Source of the DNA: Octopus sinensis
Lineage: Eukaryota
Length of the DNA: 64,000 nt
Direction of reading: 5' to 3'
NCBI RefSeq assembly: GCF_006345805.1
Contig: NC_043000.1
Location: 164,114,001-164,178,000, forward strand
Of this stretch, positions 61,772-64,000 are shown piece after piece (the stretch's first letter is position 1; every line of letters starts with the position of its first letter). Position numbers and translations under genes: made by a program. The notes beneath the pieces were generated by a model. It did not search any database. It saw only the letters and a program-made list of their open reading frames with translations, and was not told the origin of the DNA.

Positions 61772-61875
<104 letters not shown>

Positions 61876-61888
61876 CATATATATATAC

Positions 61889-61975
<87 letters not shown>

Positions 61976-62018
61976 CATACATACATGTATACATACATAT
62001 GTGCTATTTGTAGTATGT

Positions 62019-62190
62019 GAAGGCGCATGGCTCAGTGGTTAGAGCGTCGAGCTTACGATCGTAAGGTTGTGAGTTCGATTCCCGGACCGGGCTGCGTGTT
62101 GTGTTCTTAAGCAAGACACTTTATTTCACGTTGCTCCAGTTAACTCAGCTGTAGAAATGAGTTGCGACATCACTGGTGCCAAGCTGTTCG
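62019..62190 (+). mobile_element. tRNA-derived SINE family D
   Basis: A box TGGCTCAGTGG and B box GTTCGATTC, then a non-tRNA body. Confidence 0.85.
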
Positions 62191-62514
62191 GCGGAAGACG
62201 CGTATAGAATAAGTACCTGGCTTAAAACCTAAGTCCTGGGATCGATTTATTTGACTAAACCAGTCAAGAGTAAATGCGGCCCGAGTAACTTTGTAAATGG
62301 CACCTTCAACAAAATTTTTTTTACTTCAGTATTGTTAGCCCTCACTGCAAACAAACTGATGAAGAACGATGTCTCATGCGGCTCGCTTCTCAAAAATGGT
62401 TGCCGATGGCTGGACTGGATCCTTCAAGGTATTTCCCCAGCGTAGCCGTAGTCTAATAACTGCAACAAGTAAAAGGTAAAAGATAATTATCCTATATGTT
62501 ATAGTCCTTTTTGC

Positions 62515-62705
62515 TAAAGGCACAATTTTGGGAAGGGGGAAGTCGATTACATCGACCCAGTATTTCACTGGTACTTATTTTATTGACCCCGAAATGCTGA
62601 AAGGCAAAGTCAACCCCGGCGGAATTTGAACTCAGAACGTAAAGAAGGACGAAATGTCGCTAAACATTTTGCACGGCGCGCAAACAATTCTGCCGGTTCG
62701 CCACC
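62515..62705 (-). mobile_element. SINE family A
   Basis: Reverse complement of the family A core. Confidence 0.8.
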
Positions 62706-62764
62706 TTCTCTACAAAGAATAATAATAATAATAATAATAATATAATAATAATAATAATAATAAT

Positions 62765-63290
62765 CAGGAGGAGGATCCCTTGTTCATGGCAAATATGTGG
62801 CCCGTAGTAAACAAGCTGTTGTTGACAGAACCCCACCTATCAATGGCTACGAAGCTCAGTGCTAAAGGCAGAGAGTGAAGGCTTCATCTTAGCAGCTCAA
62901 GATCAAAGATTATTGATCGAAAACCTCCAAGTCAATGTGATAAAAAATAGAGCTGAATCTGCAATGATGAGATTGTGACAGTTGACCATTTAACTTCTGG
63001 ATGTAAAGTTTTAGCTCCAGTCATGATTGATTTGGTTGATATCTACACTGATTAATATGTCAGCATTATAAATTCAAAACTGTTGACAGGTGGTAGGGTA
63101 TCACTCTGAGGCTGTAAATGAGGGAGAAAAGGAAATCCTTCTTTGAGACATTTCTGTACATACAGAAAGAGCCATCAAAGCTAATGAAGAGGATATTGAT
63201 GTAAAAGAGAAAAATAATAAAGTCTGTTGATTGACATGAGTATCTCCTGTGATCGAATATATTGCAGTAAAAGAAGCCAACAGCACACCT
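62765..63290 (+). mobile_element. R4/Dong-like non-LTR C-terminal fragment (zinc-knuckle remnant + RLE)
   Basis: LKAESEGFILAAQDQ, TVDHLTSGCKVLAP and a degenerate ILWD..TERAIKAN..DIDVKEK..LIDMSI. Preceded by (AAT)n. Confidence 0.8.
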
Positions 63291-64000
63291 GATTCCCCCA
63301 CCCCCGTTTCTTCCTTTCTTGATGTTATAACTCTAATAGAGAAAATGCAATCTAACACCCGAAGAATCGCGATTTCAACCTAGCGCAGGATCATTCACCT
63401 CCAGTGAAACCAGAAGCACAATATCTCAGTCAGATTGAGAGAATAAATTTTACATGTTAGTTCACTAAGAAATTCGCAAATACATTACAGAAAACATCCA
63501 ATATATAGAATTACTTTCGTATACAGAATAAATTTGTGTGCTGATCGCTATAAGCAAGGATGATACTAGACTCCCAGTGCTTGGTTTGGAATCACCCTTG
63601 GTTTTGAAATGTGATAAAAATAAAATATAACACGGCCTTACATGTTTACTGCTATAACTCTAAGTGATAGAGACAATCTGCAGCCTCTCGAAAAGCTGGG
63701 AACGGCAACCAAATTTCCTCAATATACGCCCTACCGTATGAAAAAGAAGGGAAAACAACGAATGATGTTCTCTTCGATATGCTATACCGGGGTGAAGGAC
63801 GAAATAGTCATGGCTGGAACGCCTTTGCTCAAAGGTCTACTCAGTCAGAGATGATCTGAATCCAAGCAAAACAACGACAGGATGGACATGAATATCAACC
63901 AGTGATAACGAATGACAAACATTTGTCTTCTATTCCAACATGTTTTTGTCTTTATTTTTCTTTCTCTTTATCTTCTTAAAAACTTCAAGTGGTTCCGAAA

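Noticed and set aside
62019-62095. tRNA gene candidates (also 11660, 36403, 56483)
   Set aside because: A and B boxes are present, but there is no proper acceptor stem or cloverleaf and they continue into shared SINE bodies.

Overview
Eukaryotic (animal) genomic DNA with no prokaryotic features. The tRNA-derived SINE families, RTE/CR1/R4 LINE remnants and extreme (TA)n/(CA)n/(TACA)n/(TAT)n content suggest a cephalopod, most likely Octopus; this is an inference from pattern recognition. One host protein-coding gene can be reconstructed by hand. It is a minus-strand, secreted fasciclin (FAS1)-domain gene with 6 GT-AG, phase-consistent exons (28802 to 620), and it continues past the left edge of the window. 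The rest is mostly transposon debris: a decayed Gypsy LTR element, two back-to-back CR1/L2-group LINEs (one with an uninterrupted 734-codon ORF2 part), RTE and BovB-like fragments, R4/Dong-like and Penelope fragments, a Tigger/pogo element, mariner/Tc1 fragments and MITEs, a cluster of non-autonomous Helitron-like elements (about 50-56 kb) and many SINEs. The most interesting signal is a candidate minimal type I hammerhead ribozyme at 50634-50684. It has a swapped G3:C8 core (GUGAACA) and a palindromic mini-helix III, and it sits at the centre of a 119-bp-arm palindrome. A second, canonical-core candidate lies at 56830-56951. Repeat boundaries were read by eye and are approximate unless terminal motifs are quoted.
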